Shown piece by piece: positions 12,363 to 25,760 of a stretch of DNA of 64,000 nucleotides (positions are counted from its first letter, which is position 1; each line of letters opens with the position of its first letter). Under the pieces are notes generated by a model. That model did not search any database. It was given only the letters and a program-made list of their open reading frames with translations, and was not told where the DNA came from. This stretch comes from Octopus vulgaris (taxonomy: Eukaryota). The translations under genes were made by a program, and so were the position numbers. The DNA lies in contig OX597815.1 of the NCBI GenBank assembly GCA_951406725.2, positions 111,786,001-111,850,000 on the forward strand, given 5' to 3'.

Positions 12363-14170
12363 AGAACACAATCGTGAAACGGTTGTATTCATCAACACGT
12401 CAGAGACATTGAACTTAAAAAAGAGTAAATATGGAAAGCTATCTCTGTTGAAGGTCTCAGTGCAACGCTGTGAAAATATAGCAAAGGGAAATTACCTGAA
12501 AAAGATAAGGATTCTATTTTCCGGTCGAATGCACTCACTGAATTCCATGAAACATTAGCACATCAGTAAAATCATTATGCATGATCCTAGGAGAATCTGT
12601 CCCTGGTTTGTAAATGAAGTAAATTACGTACCCCCTATAAGTGAAGAAACTAATAACTCCACATTGTAATGATCAATTGAGTGCCTTACGACAGAGTATA
12701 AATGCTAGGATCCATTATTACTGAATAGACAAATTCCTGTCTATTGAAAAACAAGATATTTTCCAACAAAAAGACTGATCGACTATAAATGTGAATCGTA
12801 TGGATGAGGAAACTAGCGTTTAGTCGATGAAAAATTCTAGAGGACAACCACAAACGACTAAAACTTCTTTCCATTTCGAACATCGATTGCAAGAACAGTC
12901 GCACGTACGGAAGAACAGTCACACACACAAACACACACACACATGCTGGATTACACGCACAGATTCAAACACACACACAACATACGAATATGCACATCCA
13001 GTCACTGAACCAACTCAAACACACGAGCACGCAAACTTAACCCCTCACCGGCGCGCGTTTACACACACAGCCAGGAATTCGCCGCACTCTGGTGCTCACA
13101 TACATCTACCCAGTTCTCCCTCACCCTCCTACATAAATTGCTTCAACCTACACCCATAAATCTTCAGCATATCTGAGATCAAAATGAACTTGAACAAAAG
13201 GCTAGACCCTTAAACAGATCGCGAATGGCTAGCGCACACAGCCCACAAACACAAATACGCATACAAGCATCCACACAGCTGTACACACACAACGACAAAC
13301 ACAACAGGCACGCACACAGACGCACACACAAACACACACGCACATACACGCATACACACACATATTCTTCGTTTACTTTCCCTTACCTCCTCTTCTAAAC
13401 AAACACACATCTTCATCCACACATACAAACATGTATATACACAAGCATAAGACCAATTCTCAGATAGACGCATAAAAGATTTTGCAACGTGGAAGAAAGA
13501 GAAAAAGTCACAAAGCCACTGAAAATGTGGCGAATGATGACGAAAATATTTTCACTGACAAACAGCCGATTGATTATTTAGCCAATGCATTAAACAAGCG
13601 ATCGGTCAGCTAGCTGGTTAGAAATCCAACTAAATCACTATCAATAAAGAAGTGAAATTGTACCTCTGTGTGTTATTATTATTTGCGTAATGACTTTCCG
13701 AAGACACCATTAAGTAATAGATGTCAGGAAAATTCGACAAGTTCAGTTTCTTAGATATCATATTTTCAGAATTAGTGGAATAATCCAAAACACGTGTTGA
13801 TTAATAACTGCCGATTTAAATTTTCAATAATACTTGAACTATTTAGCCATAACATTTTCAGGTCTTTAAAAAGAAATATACAAAACACCACAAAAAATAT
13901 CAATCTAAACTTTCTAACTTTAGTTCTTGGAATTAAATAATTTTTAATCAAGTGTCTTTCTCGGCGCTATGGCTGCCAATTTATCTATTTCATGTTACAT
14001 CACGGAATACTTCAATAGCAGTCTCAAAGAATTGTACGTTTGTATGATTGCAAGAGTTCTCAATGTTAATACGAGATAGTGTTTGTTTTTGCTCTCAGTG
14101 TTCAGAACAACAGTACTAGGCTGTAGGGATGCATAAATATATACACATGCATAAACATATATATATGTAG

Positions 14171-14233
<63 letters not shown>

Positions 14234-14829
14234 CAATACACATTTTTATACATTATGTGTAAGAGAAAGCTTATAATAAATTAATTGCAGTTTTTATAGT
14301 ATTTGCTGTTAAACGTTAAACATTTAAATACATTTTAGTTTTATTTTCCAACAGAAATATAGAGATAATTATGACAAGTTTTATGATTCGTTAATTAAAC
14401 AGAGTAAGATAGACACTTCATTATTTTTACAACAAAAAAATCTGTAGCAAAATAAGAAAGAAATTTGCTTAAAATATAAACCAAACGTTTGGTATATTGA
14501 CTTGTGTAATTTGCATAAAAGACATACTTGTCTGCATGATTAATATATGTGCACAACTTAACCTAGATAAGCAAACATTTTTTCAAATATTCAACGTAGT
14601 TAAATTACACTTTTAAATCTATGCGCTTTGTTCTATTCGTCGAACACACAAACTATAATCGTTATATATTTAGGTAAACGGGCGCCTTCAGTGACAGGAA
14701 GTGTTTGGTGGCGTCGTTTCATACGAGACTCTTTGAATATCTATCTATAAACATAAAGTCGACGTACACAAACACCCACATAATTATATGTATCTGTATG
14801 AGCGTATATATATGATGCGTTTACGTATT

Positions 14830-14894
<65 letters not shown>

Positions 14895-15029
14895 GCTTGG
14901 ATATATATCTTTATATATATTCATAAAGTTATACATAAATATAGATACATATAGTCAAAAGGACAATATAGGTAAGTATCTCTATGCGTACTTGTATCTA
15001 TATACAAACATTTATATAAACACCCCACA

Positions 15030-15330
15030 GAAATGCAAAAGTAGTGATGAAAAGAACAAAACGTCAAACTAAAATCAATTGTTCGAATAACGTCATACGC
15101 AGAGGAAAGAAATTAAAAATGTCTTTGATCTTTTGAGCATAAACGCCTCTTCAGAAACTTGTGGAGAAAAAGTGTAGTGTAAGTAGAATATGTGAGTAAT
15201 GAAGACGTTCACTTTCGTCTGTTTCATTCCATGCAGGGAATAAGATGTACGGAAGTGATGGAACATGAAAAATTATCAGACGCATGAGATCAAAAAGGAA
15301 ATTAATTGCAAACTAGTAGGCATGATTGTG
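15030..15330 (-). mobile_element. Decayed PLE pseudo-LTR with a degenerate hammerhead (15121-15158)
   Basis: Reverse complement reads ttt-CTGAAGA-ggcg-ttta-tgct-c-AAAA-ga-TC-aaagac (GAAA mutated). Resembles the family at 28300-28560 and 63180-63345. Confidence 0.4.
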
Positions 15331-15954
15331 TGTACCCATGTGTTCGAATGTAAGTTCATATGTTATTGTCGTATGAGTATCTGTGCGATGCTATGTATGT
15401 AGTGTACGTATACGCGTATATATTACGTAGTTTGAGGATTTTTCATGAATGTATCATGAAGGTGCTTCTATAACTATAAGTTTATATGTGTGTATGCATG
15501 TATGTGCGTGCTTGTATAGATGTATATACACACACACATACACACACACGCACACACACATATATATAAATCGAGTGTAGGAAAGGGTCTCTGACATCAT
15601 AATAGCTTCATTCAGAGAACCGCAGAATCACAATAGTATAATAGGTTAACATATTTTGGGTACGTAAATCCCAAATGGTAGACATTGCATCATTTTCTTA
15701 GGAGTCTGTAAATAAGTTACCACAGAATATCCATAAATGGAAAACTATATTTGATATTTGAGATAGGGCTACCATCTTTGCATTGTTATTATAAAAGGAC
15801 GTTGAGGAGTTTCAGCTGTAGAAGCCATATGTGCCCAGTTAATTGCTAGAGAAATTATCTACATGTGGAATGTAGCAAAAAACGAATATCATCCAATCGA
15901 ATTAGATAGAGAAGTTAAAGTTATTGAAATATATTATACACTTACATACATACT

Positions 15955-16372
15955 TAGATAAACTTAGATATGTTTCGACCAAAGATTGGTCCAGGCCATG
16001 TCTAACTTAATAGCACCACCTGATAGGATTATTTGAATCCTGTTTAAGTCAAGTTTTGTTTATAGTCCATTCAAGTAGTGAATTTTTGTTGGGTGAGTTG
16101 TATCCAATTATGGGTGGCTTATCTGGTATTGTTTGAAGGAATCTATCCAGACTCCGTTTAAAGTTGATGGGATCCTTTTCCTTTTTGAACTCTTTCGGGA
16201 CAATGTTAAATAGGGCAGGGCCTGTTGAGGAAAAGAAATTACGTTGCAGTGTACATGTATGCTGTGATCTTGAATGGGGCAGGGGACGTATGGCCCGTGG
16301 TCCCAGTCTTGGATGAACCTTGAAGCTAATGTTCAGGTCGTTTGGGCAAAATTGGCGGTATATTCTCCACAT
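15955..16372 (-). mobile_element. CR1-like LINE 3' end (ORF2 C-terminus, UTR, short tandem tail)
   Basis: ORF 16049-16372 NFFSSTGPALFNIVP...FKRSLDRFLQTIPDKP is typical of CR1-group ORF2 C-termini. Confidence 0.75.
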
Positions 16373-16644
16373 CGTACAAATGATGTACCGCTCACGGCGA
16401 CATATTTATACATTTGCGCGCGCGAGTGTGTGTGTGAGTGTAAATGTATTGTTCTTAAACAATAATATTATTGACAGGGATTTCCCAAGTGTCGGGCGGC
16501 TAAATTTGACGATGGCTTAGTTCGTCAAAACTTCGAAGTCACTGTCAGTAATATTCGTTTTTATGAATAATATATTTATATTCTACAAAAGTATAGAGAA
16601 AACCTTCAGACTAATGTAAAATGCTTTTTATAATAACGCATCAT

Positions 16645-16860
16645 AAGGCGGCGAACTGGAAGAATCGTTAGGGCGCCGACGAAATACTTAGCAGCATTGC
16701 ATCCATCTTTGTGTTCTATGATTAAATTCTGGCGAGGTCGACTCTGTCATTTATCTTCTCAGCGTCGATATAATAAGTACCAGTGCTGTACTGGTGTTCA
16801 ATATTATCAAATTTTCTATCCACCTAAAACTCTTAACCTTGTACCAAAATTTGAAACTCT
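16645..16860 (+). mobile_element. SINE (second family; ggcggcgagctggcagaa head)
   Basis: Head plus gaggtcgact...gtcgat..aataagtaccagt; related copies at 21295, 27055 and 30918. Confidence 0.65.
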
Positions 16861-16884
16861 CATAAATGATGATAAAAACAAACC

Positions 16885-17295
16885 TAGCTGTGTGGTAAGG
16901 AGCCTGCTTCCGAACCACATGGTTCTGTGTTCATTCTCAGTGCGTGGCACATTGGGCAATTATCTTCTACTATAGCTTCGGGTCGACCAAAGTCTTGTGA
17001 TTGGATTTGGTAGGTGGGAACTGAAAGCTGCCCTTCGTATTTATATATGTGTGTGCGTGTGTGTGTGACTCTGTGTGTTTGTCCTTGTGTATGTCTTTAT
17101 CCTCCAACCACCATCACTTGGCAACCGATGTTGGTGTGTTTACGTACCTGTAACTTAGCGGTTCGGCAAAAACGATAGAATAAGTATCAGGCTTACAAAA
17201 GTAAGTCCTGGGGTAGAATTCTTAGACTAAAAATGCGGTGCTACAGCACGACCACAGTCAAGTTACTGAACCAATAAAAGAATAAAAGAATAAAA
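16885..17295 (+). mobile_element. tRNA-derived SINE, near full length
   Basis: Colinear with 56746-57157, including the internal TG tract and the (aataaaag)n tail. Confidence 0.85.
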
Positions 17296-17329
17296 TAATA
17301 AAACTATATATATATATATAAAGCAAAGT

Positions 17330-19465
17330 TATTTTATTCCAGACGGATAGAAATATAGGGAAAAGTAAAAGTGGAAATTGTATTGAGAATAGTCAAAATA
17401 GTTTTTATTAAAATGTTTAAAGCTTTAACCGGTTTCACAGCTTACACAGTCTTGCTTCTGACTAGTGTTTGAAGCTTGCACTATTTTCATAGGGAGTTCA
17501 TGACTCAAATTAGGATTTCATTGTTAGAAGATAGTCACGTGACTGGTCTTAGAAATGTGTGTAGGGTCCCCACGTGTTAGTATCAATTAATGTTTGGCGT
17601 GGTAAGTTAATGCTGATACAGTTGACTGAAGATGTCAAAATGATCAATGCTCTGAAAGTTTTCTGTTAAATGTTTATAGACAATGAACACATGATAAAGT
17701 ATAACTCTTTTTACGTTTCCCGCTACGTCCGTGCGTTAATGTCACGTGACAGTGTATTTTGCGCCGAAAAGGAAAGCCGACACGTTCAAGGCATGTATTA
17801 AATTGTTCGTGTATCTGGGCTTGCATGTATTCCATGAACGTCCACAAATATCTACTAGAAAACTGGAAACGTGACTTAGATGACTGCCTAATCCTATGGA
17901 CGCATACATTTGAACAACTTACAGATTCTAAAAATCTAATCAACAGCATAACCAATGATATTAACGTTACCATGGAATATAGTAAAACTGAACTCCCATT
18001 CCTGGATATACTAATCATTAAAAGAGATTAAAACATTGAAATAGATATTCACTACAAACAGATTCGAAACAATGGTTACTGTTCTCCTCATGCCATCCCA
18101 AACACACGAAGAATAATATCCCCTTTAATCTAACAAGAGGAATTTGCACACCCTGACATTCGCAATAAATGGATCCAGGAGCTAAATTAAGTAGTACTTA
18201 AGAGATAATGTACATTAACGTTAATAGACAGCGGAACAGAACGTGCCAAAGCAATATATATCGAATAACTACGAAAAAGGAAAAACGCTTCAGATACATC
18301 CAATACTCTACCCTTTATTACAACACTCTACCCTTTATTGCAACACACAACACAGGGTTTACAATATTTACAATATTTTCTCACTACTAGAACAAGACTC
18401 AAGAATGCAACAAGCGTTCGAAATACACAAAATAACCAAAAGTAAAAGATAATCGAAGTCCTTCAAAAAGTTCTTTACAAGTGCTAAATTACATTCCACA
18501 ATTCCTACACCAACACTCAAAAAGTCTGACTGCACCAATTGCGGAACCTGCATTAACCATGTTGAAGACAAAACATCCAAATTCAAATCAGGACAGATGT
18601 TTACCGTAAAAGAATCACTTTACATATTCTTCAAGGAATTTAATATGCGCAAACAAATGTCAAGGATGTGATGAAGGTTACATAGGTCAAACGAATCTTA
18701 CTCTAAGTAGACTGACCATTCACTGACAACAAATACGGGACCCCAGTATAAGAGAGATTCCACTGGGTAGACACAGACATATGTGTAAAAAATAAGTCTC
18801 CCTAATTGTAAGACTTCTCACTCTAACTATCTTCAGCGTATACCACAGATGAAGCACAGATAAACAAAGAAAATACTTTCATGCAAAAGTACAAACCAAA
18901 ACTTAAACTTAGACTTAAACAGAGTACGTACACAAATAACAATTCACTCACAAATTTCATTCTGCTGCATATCATGAGGAACATTCACTGCTAACAACCT
19001 AAACTTTAGCCACTGGATTACATACAAACGACTCCTGGAACCCTCTCTCACAAGACATTAAATTTGGACTGTTTTAATTATAACGAAACATGTTCACTCA
19101 ACCGTGTCCGCTGTCTTTTTACGTGCAAAATATACTGTCACGTTACAGAAATGCACACATGTAGCGAGGAACGTACAATGAGTTACAAATTTAATGATGT
19201 GTTAATTCTATACTCACATTTGACAAAACATATTCGAGCATTGATTGATTGGACATGTTCACCTAACCATGTCAGCCTTAACTTACGACGCCAAACCTTG
19301 TAATTTGATAGTAACACACGGATGAAGCGGGGAACATATAAATAAATTCAAAGACCGGTCATGCGACTGAATTCTATCAATCAAATCCTTTTCAAAACAT
19401 ATGCTAATTTGAGCCATGAACTCCCAATCAAAATAGGGCAAGCTTCAAGCACTAGTCAGAATAAG
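17330..19465 (+). mobile_element. 5'-truncated Penelope-like element (RT C-half + GIY-YIG) with an inverted pseudo-LTR copy at its 5' end
   Basis: ENWKRDLDDCLILW...ELPFLDILI (ORF 17759-18031), LLFSSCHPKHTKNNIPFNL (~18075-18135), CTNCGTC (~18530), CQGCDEGYIGQT (~18660). 17455-17810 is the reverse complement of ~19075-19462. Confidence 0.85.
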
Positions 19466-19669
19466 ATAGCTGCGACATAAGCCAAGTCTTTCTATTTCAA
19501 CTATATTAGCGTATATTTCTAATTCAGTATCTGACGAGGCACATAGCTGACACCTTGTTATAATTATGTATATAATTGTCGAATAGTTTGTAAAATTTAT
19601 CTGACAGGTTTTTATATACGTACTTGCTACCTGGTAAAATTATTACTGATTTTACCCTATATGTATATA

Positions 19670-20059
19670 AATATGAGAAAAGGTTGAGTTCCACTTCATC
19701 CTTCCCTTTGCGGGTTTCCAGAGTTAGATTTCTAGTAAAGATTCTTGGTAGATTACTATTCTAAGTATTTTTCGAATATGAAAATGTTTCAAGCATAAGG
19801 TGTGATATGAGTATATATAGAACACATATCCTATAGAAACACAACAAACAATAAAAGATGGAGAAAAGGTGTTAAGAGTTTTATAAAATATATAACATTT
19901 TTAGCAAATTTTCTTCTACATCTTTAATTGTTTGTTGAGATTCTATAGGTGTTAAGAGTTTTATAAAATATATAACATTTTTAGCAAATTTTCTTCTACA
20001 TCTTTAATTGTTTGTTGAGATTCTATAGGATACATGTTATATAAATGCTCATAACACAC

Positions 20060-20060
<1 letters not shown>
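19670..20060. repeat. Repeat family with internal inversion and an exact 80-bp tandem duplication
   Basis: 19867-19946 is duplicated at 19947-20026, and 19805-19866 is inverted at ~19990-20053. Same family as 45460-46045. Confidence 0.7.
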
Positions 20061-20091
<31 letters not shown>

Positions 20092-20092
20092 C

Positions 20093-20139
<47 letters not shown>

Positions 20140-20170
20140 TATGTATATACATACGCATATGTTTTATATA

Positions 20171-20202
<32 letters not shown>

Positions 20203-20576
20203 CCTCGCGTTGAGTTATTATTACATCGGAGGATCTACTAGCCAGGAAGCGTATATAACCAATATTTTACCTGTTTCAGTCCCTCAAATTGGGTTTTTAT
20301 TCGCATTCATAACAACACTTAGTTACTACCCATGAGCTATACAAGCAGTTTTCAGCATTTTGAACTTCGATATACAAACGGCCTTCGATATACAAACTTC
20401 GATGTTCAAACCCTAAGACCTAAAAGCGCTAATAAATTATTATTGCTTCTGTTTCTTATGCCCAGCATGGACTGATTGAAGCTTACAAAATTCCTACATA
20501 TAGATCTGCGGATTTTATAATTACACAGACACACAGACACACAGGCACACACATACATATACATACATATATATGT

Positions 20577-20611
<35 letters not shown>

Positions 20612-20612
<1 letters not shown>

Positions 20613-20629
20613 CATATTTGTAGACAGAT

Positions 20630-20677
<48 letters not shown>

Positions 20678-20695
20678 ATCTGTCTACAAATATGA
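20612..20695. repeat. Perfect palindrome: 20-bp unique arms around (AT)n
   Basis: tcatatttgtagacagatcc-(at)n-ggatctgtctacaaatatga. Confidence 0.9.
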
Positions 20696-20736
20696 GCACA
20701 TAGATATGTATGTGTGTTTGTATGTGTATATTAAAG

Positions 20737-20768
<32 letters not shown>

Positions 20769-20771
20769 CTG

Positions 20772-20802
<31 letters not shown>

Positions 20803-21294
20803 ATATATATATGTATGTATATATGTATATATATATAATCACAAATGAAATCATTTGGGAGGCACACTCGTACAAAAGATACGAAATACTTTAGAGCTTA
20901 GAAATTAGAATGTATAATCAAATTCCATTTTACGACTGAGCACATTTTCTATTTTAAAGTAAAATTTGAAGAAAGTGGTTTTATAGGCTAAACGTCAGCA
21001 TATGAATAATGAATTTTAAATTTCTTACCTTGATACCAATCAGTGGACAGGGAAATATAGGGCAAGCAAAAATTTGGTTCATGTCGAGAATCTTTTTATC
21101 AGTATATCCCAAAGGTAGTCTTTATAATCTGCTTCAATTAATTCAGATGTGAATTGCATATTTCATAATGATGGAGTTGAATTCCAAAGGATTTGAATAT
21201 AATTGCAACGCTGTAAGTGATTGAAAGGAATTTTGCATTAATTAACATTTTTCCATAATATTCTAATCTTATATTCGTGTTATTTTACTCGTCG

Positions 21295-21435
21295 GTGTAT
21301 TGGTAGAATCAGTAACACACTAAAGTCGGGCACAATGCTTTGTGGTTTTCTTTCCCACTCCTACACTTCGAATTATAATCCTACCACGATGAAACAAGCT
21401 TTCATCCTACCAGGTTTGATAGTCAAAGTACGAAC
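21295..21435 (+). mobile_element. Degenerate SINE (second family)
   Basis: Weak similarity to 16645-16790 and 27055-27190. Confidence 0.4.
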
Positions 21436-21754
21436 TAAGGAAGATCAGTTAGTAAGTTTAATACATCGCCCGAAATGTAGGTTTACAATAGCTGCGCTAG
21501 ATCATTGCGATTTGAATTCAAATTCTACCTAGCGTTGATGATCATTTAAAAGACGTTTATGTGAACACAAGGAAGTCAACAAACAACATAGTTTTGTCGA
21601 AAGCATGATTCTGAAGCATTCATCAAGTCATGTAAATGGAATTTTCATTAATATAATGTACAATCTTCCATCTAACATGTGTGTGTGTGTGTGTGTGTGC
21701 ATATATATAATTATGTATGTATATATGTATGCATGCATATATGTATGTATATAA

Positions 21755-22079
21755 CCCCCAGCCCCCTCGGACGTGAATGATCATGGTATTGCACCTAGGA
21801 TTTTATCCTACTAAACACAAGTCTGGGCAAGGTTGTAATGGAAAGCCAACAGTTACCCATGCATACTAGCCTCCACTCCCAACGCCACCGATGTTATCAA
21901 AGGCTGAGATAAAGGCTGATACAGCTTGGCCTCAGTGACGTCGCATCTCATTTCTACAGCTGAGTGAACTGAAGGGACATGAAATAAATTTACTTGTTCA
22001 AGAAAACAACACACAACACGTTGCGGAATCGAAATAACCAACCTCATAACTGTGAACCTGACACTCTACCCACTGAGGC

Positions 22080-22080
<1 letters not shown>
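21755..22080 (-). mobile_element. tRNA-headed SINE, minus strand
   Basis: Reverse complement head gcctcagtgggtagagtgtcagg..ttcgattccg has A/B-box-like motifs, followed by cagttcactcagctgtagaaatgag. Confidence 0.6.
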
Positions 22081-22130
<50 letters not shown>

Positions 22131-22249
22131 TACATATATATATATACATACATACATACATACATACATACATACATACATACATACATACATACATACA
22201 TAACATACATATATTCATTGAAGTGATCAGATGGCATATTTAATTAAAA

Positions 22250-23276
22250 TGTAATCATCAATGTACTTTCCCTGATGATATGTGACTTCCTTCGATCTGT
22301 TTACAAGCTTTTCAATCCAGTCAATGTAAAAGTCTTTTGGTTTCAAAGCGAAGAACTCTGAAATGTCAGTTTCGACCTCCTCCTGGCTTCCGAAAGTTAT
22401 GTTCCCGAAATGATTCTGTAAACTACAAAAACTACAATATAAATGGTAGTCTGAAGGGGCAAGGGCGGGAGAAGAAGGTGGATGAGGAATTTTTTTCCTA
22501 ACCAAGCTCTTCGATGATGTGATCTTTGCAGTGTGGAGTCGCGCATTATCCTGATGAAACATCACTCTTTTTCGATTCACTAGAGCGGTGTTTTTTTACT
22601 TCAAAGCTTGGTTCAAATGCTCTAATTTCTGACAGTAGACTTGAGCATTGGTTGTTGCATTAGGTGGTGACAATTCAAAGTGAATTACTCATTTGCAATC
22701 CCACCAGATAGAGAGAACCTTTTTCCATGAAGTTCCCTTCTCGGTTGTGGTTGAACTTTTTCCCTTTTACCAAGACACTGTTTATGACGTTTAACATTTC
22801 GATAGACGATCCATTTTTCGTTACCAGTCACAAGTCTATCCAAAAAGGGTGAAATGATTTCGCGCGAATAGAGAGAAGAGCAGATTTCAACACGGGATTT
22901 GCGGTTGCTTTCGGACAATTCATGAGGCACCCATTTTCCAAGTTTGGAAAACTTTCCAAGTTTTTGAAGATGACGATGAACCGTTGTATGGTTTGAACTA
23001 AGCTTTGTTAACAACACTTCGAATGATAATGCAATATTTTCTTCAAATAATGCCTCAAGGAGCTTATCGTCAAACTCAACTGGACGTCCTGTTTGATCAT
23101 CTTCAAGGCTGAAATCTCTACTTCTGAATTTTGCAAACCAACATCTACAAGTTCTTTCAGTGAAGCATTATTTCCTACCAATTGAATGTATGTTTCGAGT
23201 TGCTTCGGCTGCAGAGTTTCCTTTTGGTACTCATAAAGCATTATGAGTGTCTCAAATACTCTTTGGATACTTCCAT
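22250..23276 (-). pseudogene. Mariner (DD34D-type) transposase pseudogene
   Basis: Frameshifted pieces: MEVSKEYLRH (ATG at 23276), GKWVPHELSE, LDRLVTGNEKWIVY, FHQDNARLH, HPPSSPALAPSDYHL, GKYIDD. Possible 5' TIR remnant near 23435-23465. Confidence 0.9.
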
Positions 23277-23877
23277 ATTAGGAAGGGTTTTAATCAAAAA
23301 GATTTTAATTCTATTATTGTGTAAAATAATATTTAATTTGTTTAAATGTACACAAATGCATAAAAATATTTTTTTTCCATTAGACACCCTAAAATATTAC
23401 TGAATTTCATTCAATGTTTTAAAAAAATGTAAAATCGGACAGAACTTAATAGAACTTAATAAATATAATACATGAGTATGAAATAGAAAATATGAGTGTA
23501 TGTTGGACCTATTAATATAAATATTTATATATTTATACCCAATGTCTCCACATTTTGCTTTCTCTCGTTTTGCGAGTATACATATATGCATATTTTCTAT
23601 TTCATATCGAAACTATTTTATTTGATACATTTAATATATTCAATACATTTGATGTATCTTATTTGTTTATTCGCATAAATGCCTCTGTATATGTGTGTGT
23701 GCGTGTAAATCCTTTATTCTGTACTAGTTTCAGCTTGTGATAAGTGGCGTTTAGTGATTCAGGGAGTTGGTTATAGCAACCCTCATATGCCTTTCTTGTC
23801 GCGAGGTAAGTTCATCTGGACCTCTTACACGTGGGGGGGGGGATCCAGTTTCGTTTTGAAGGCACCTACATCGACTA

Positions 23878-25130
23878 ATCATAGAGTGATCTAATAAGCT
23901 GGACAAGGTGTAAAGATGTTCCCATTTCCTCCAGACATTTCCATGACTTGTCATGATCAATGCTGTCAAAAGCTTTGGAGTAATCTATGAAACACATGAA
24001 CAGGTTCTTTTGGTATTCTCTTGCCTTTTCCATAATCCACCCTAGGTTGGTGATGTGATCGCGAGTGCCTCTTCCCTTTCTGAAACCAGCTTCCACCTCT
24101 GGCAATTCTCTCTCAATAGTTGTGTTCAATTATGGAAATGTCTGGAGAAAATGGGAACACCTTTACACCTTGTCCAGCTTATTAGATCACTCTATCAAAA
24201 CCTAGAGGCTACAGTACGGACACCATATGGCGACTCTGATTGGTTTGAGATTGGAAAAGGCACTCGGCAAGGTTACATTCTGTCACCAGCAGCCTTCAAC
24301 ATGTATTCTGAAAAGGTCATGAGGAATGCAGGCCTGGAGGATAGCAGCATTGGAGTGAGGATTGGAGGAAGAAATATTAATAACCTTCACTATGCAGATG
24401 ATACAACCCTGCTGGCGGAGAGTGGTAAGAATCTGGAGGGTCTTGTCCTGTTGGTGAAGAAAGAGAGTGAGAAATTTGGGCTGTACCTCAATGTTAAGAA
24501 AACGAAGATCATGTCAACAGCAGCCACAACAAACATCAGTATCAAGATTGATAATGAAGAGATCGAAGTGGTTGATGATTTCATCTTGCTTGGTTCCAAA
24601 ATAAATCGGGATGGTGACTGCACTCCAGAATTAAGACGGCGGATAGTACTACGCAGAGAGGCAATGGTCAGCATGAGCAGGGTCTGGAAGAGTAGAGACA
24701 TCAGACTCGCTACCAAATACCAAACATATGGATGCGAGACCTGGACACTAAAGAAAGCTGACCAGAAGAGAATTAATGCATTCGAGAAGACTTTTGCGGA
24801 TTCCAAGGACAGCGAGGCTCAACAATAGAGAATTTCTTAAGCAGATCAGGCCGAAAATGTCGCTTGAAGCTAGGATCACCAAGCATAGATTGGCATATTT
24901 CGGTCATATTATGCGGAGAAAATCCCTGGAGAAAGACATCATGCTCGGAATGGTCAGTGGCAAGAGAGGAAGAGGCCGACCAAGAACCTGCTGGCTTGAC
25001 ACCGTGAAGAGGGATACCGGAATGGACATAGCCAATCTGAAAGAAGCGGCCCAGGATAGAACTGACTGGAGGATACTGATCTAACGAGTGACCGAGAGTC
25101 GATTTCAACTGAGCGGATAGATAGATAGAT
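23878..25130 (+). mobile_element. RTE-clade LINE, 5'-truncated with an inverted 5' segment
   Basis: Plus strand 24130-25084: KGTRQGYILSP, NNLHYADDTTLLA, YGCETWTL, FGHIMRR, GKRGRGRP, then a (gata)n tail. Minus strand 23878-24129: AGFRKGRGTRDHI...FIDYSKAFDSIDH. Confidence 0.92.
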
Positions 25131-25149
25131 ACATCGACCACATACACGT

Positions 25150-25760
25150 CTTTCCGGCTTTATCAGAGTATATTGAAGAGCTCTGGATTATTGAAACCCA
25201 AGCTTTTGCAGTGGGTGTTCCTGTATCCTGATGGCAATGTTGGGATATTTTACACTACACAATAGCGCCCCGTTCTAATGCCAACGTTTGATACACGTCC
25301 TTCTGGGATTTTCTAGGGTCAGCAGCCGAGTTTTAATCCACGTCATTTATTCCCAGTATTACATACTCTTCTTAGATATTGATGTAATCAATTGTTCCTG
25401 CCTTATCAACTTCTGAATTGGTAAAGAATTCTACAGGTTTGATAACTTAAATGAACCATAAGCTGGGGATGAAAACATTTTTGAATTGTTCATTCAGTTA
25501 TACAAATTAGGTTTTCTGTGAGGGACCCATCCTTTTGAAACAGTGGCCCCAGCCTAGCACCCATCAAGGCAGTTTATTTGGTTAACTTAAGGTAGGCTTT
25601 AGGGTTTGATTATATATTTTCTTTAACCAAAGCTTCTTTTTCTGCTCTTTGTTTTTCATGGAAGCGTTTCAGATTTATCTCATACTCCAGTAGGGTAACA
25701 ACAGGCGGGTAACAAAATTGCATTGAGGCCTATATTTAGGCGGTTTGCAATCATGGTATG
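25150..25760 (-). mobile_element. CR1-like LINE ORF2 fragment (EN-RT linker region), highly decayed
   Basis: Manual minus-strand translation SNPKAYLK...ARLGPLFQKDGSLTEN and DYINI*EEYVILGINDVD*NSAADP resembles the NPKxF..IGPL..DG and SAGPD motifs. Confidence 0.5.

Noticed and set aside
19525-19562. CTGACGA-ggc-acata-gct-GACA hammerhead-like string
   Set aside because: GAAA is mutated and stems I and III are unconvincing; at best a decayed copy.
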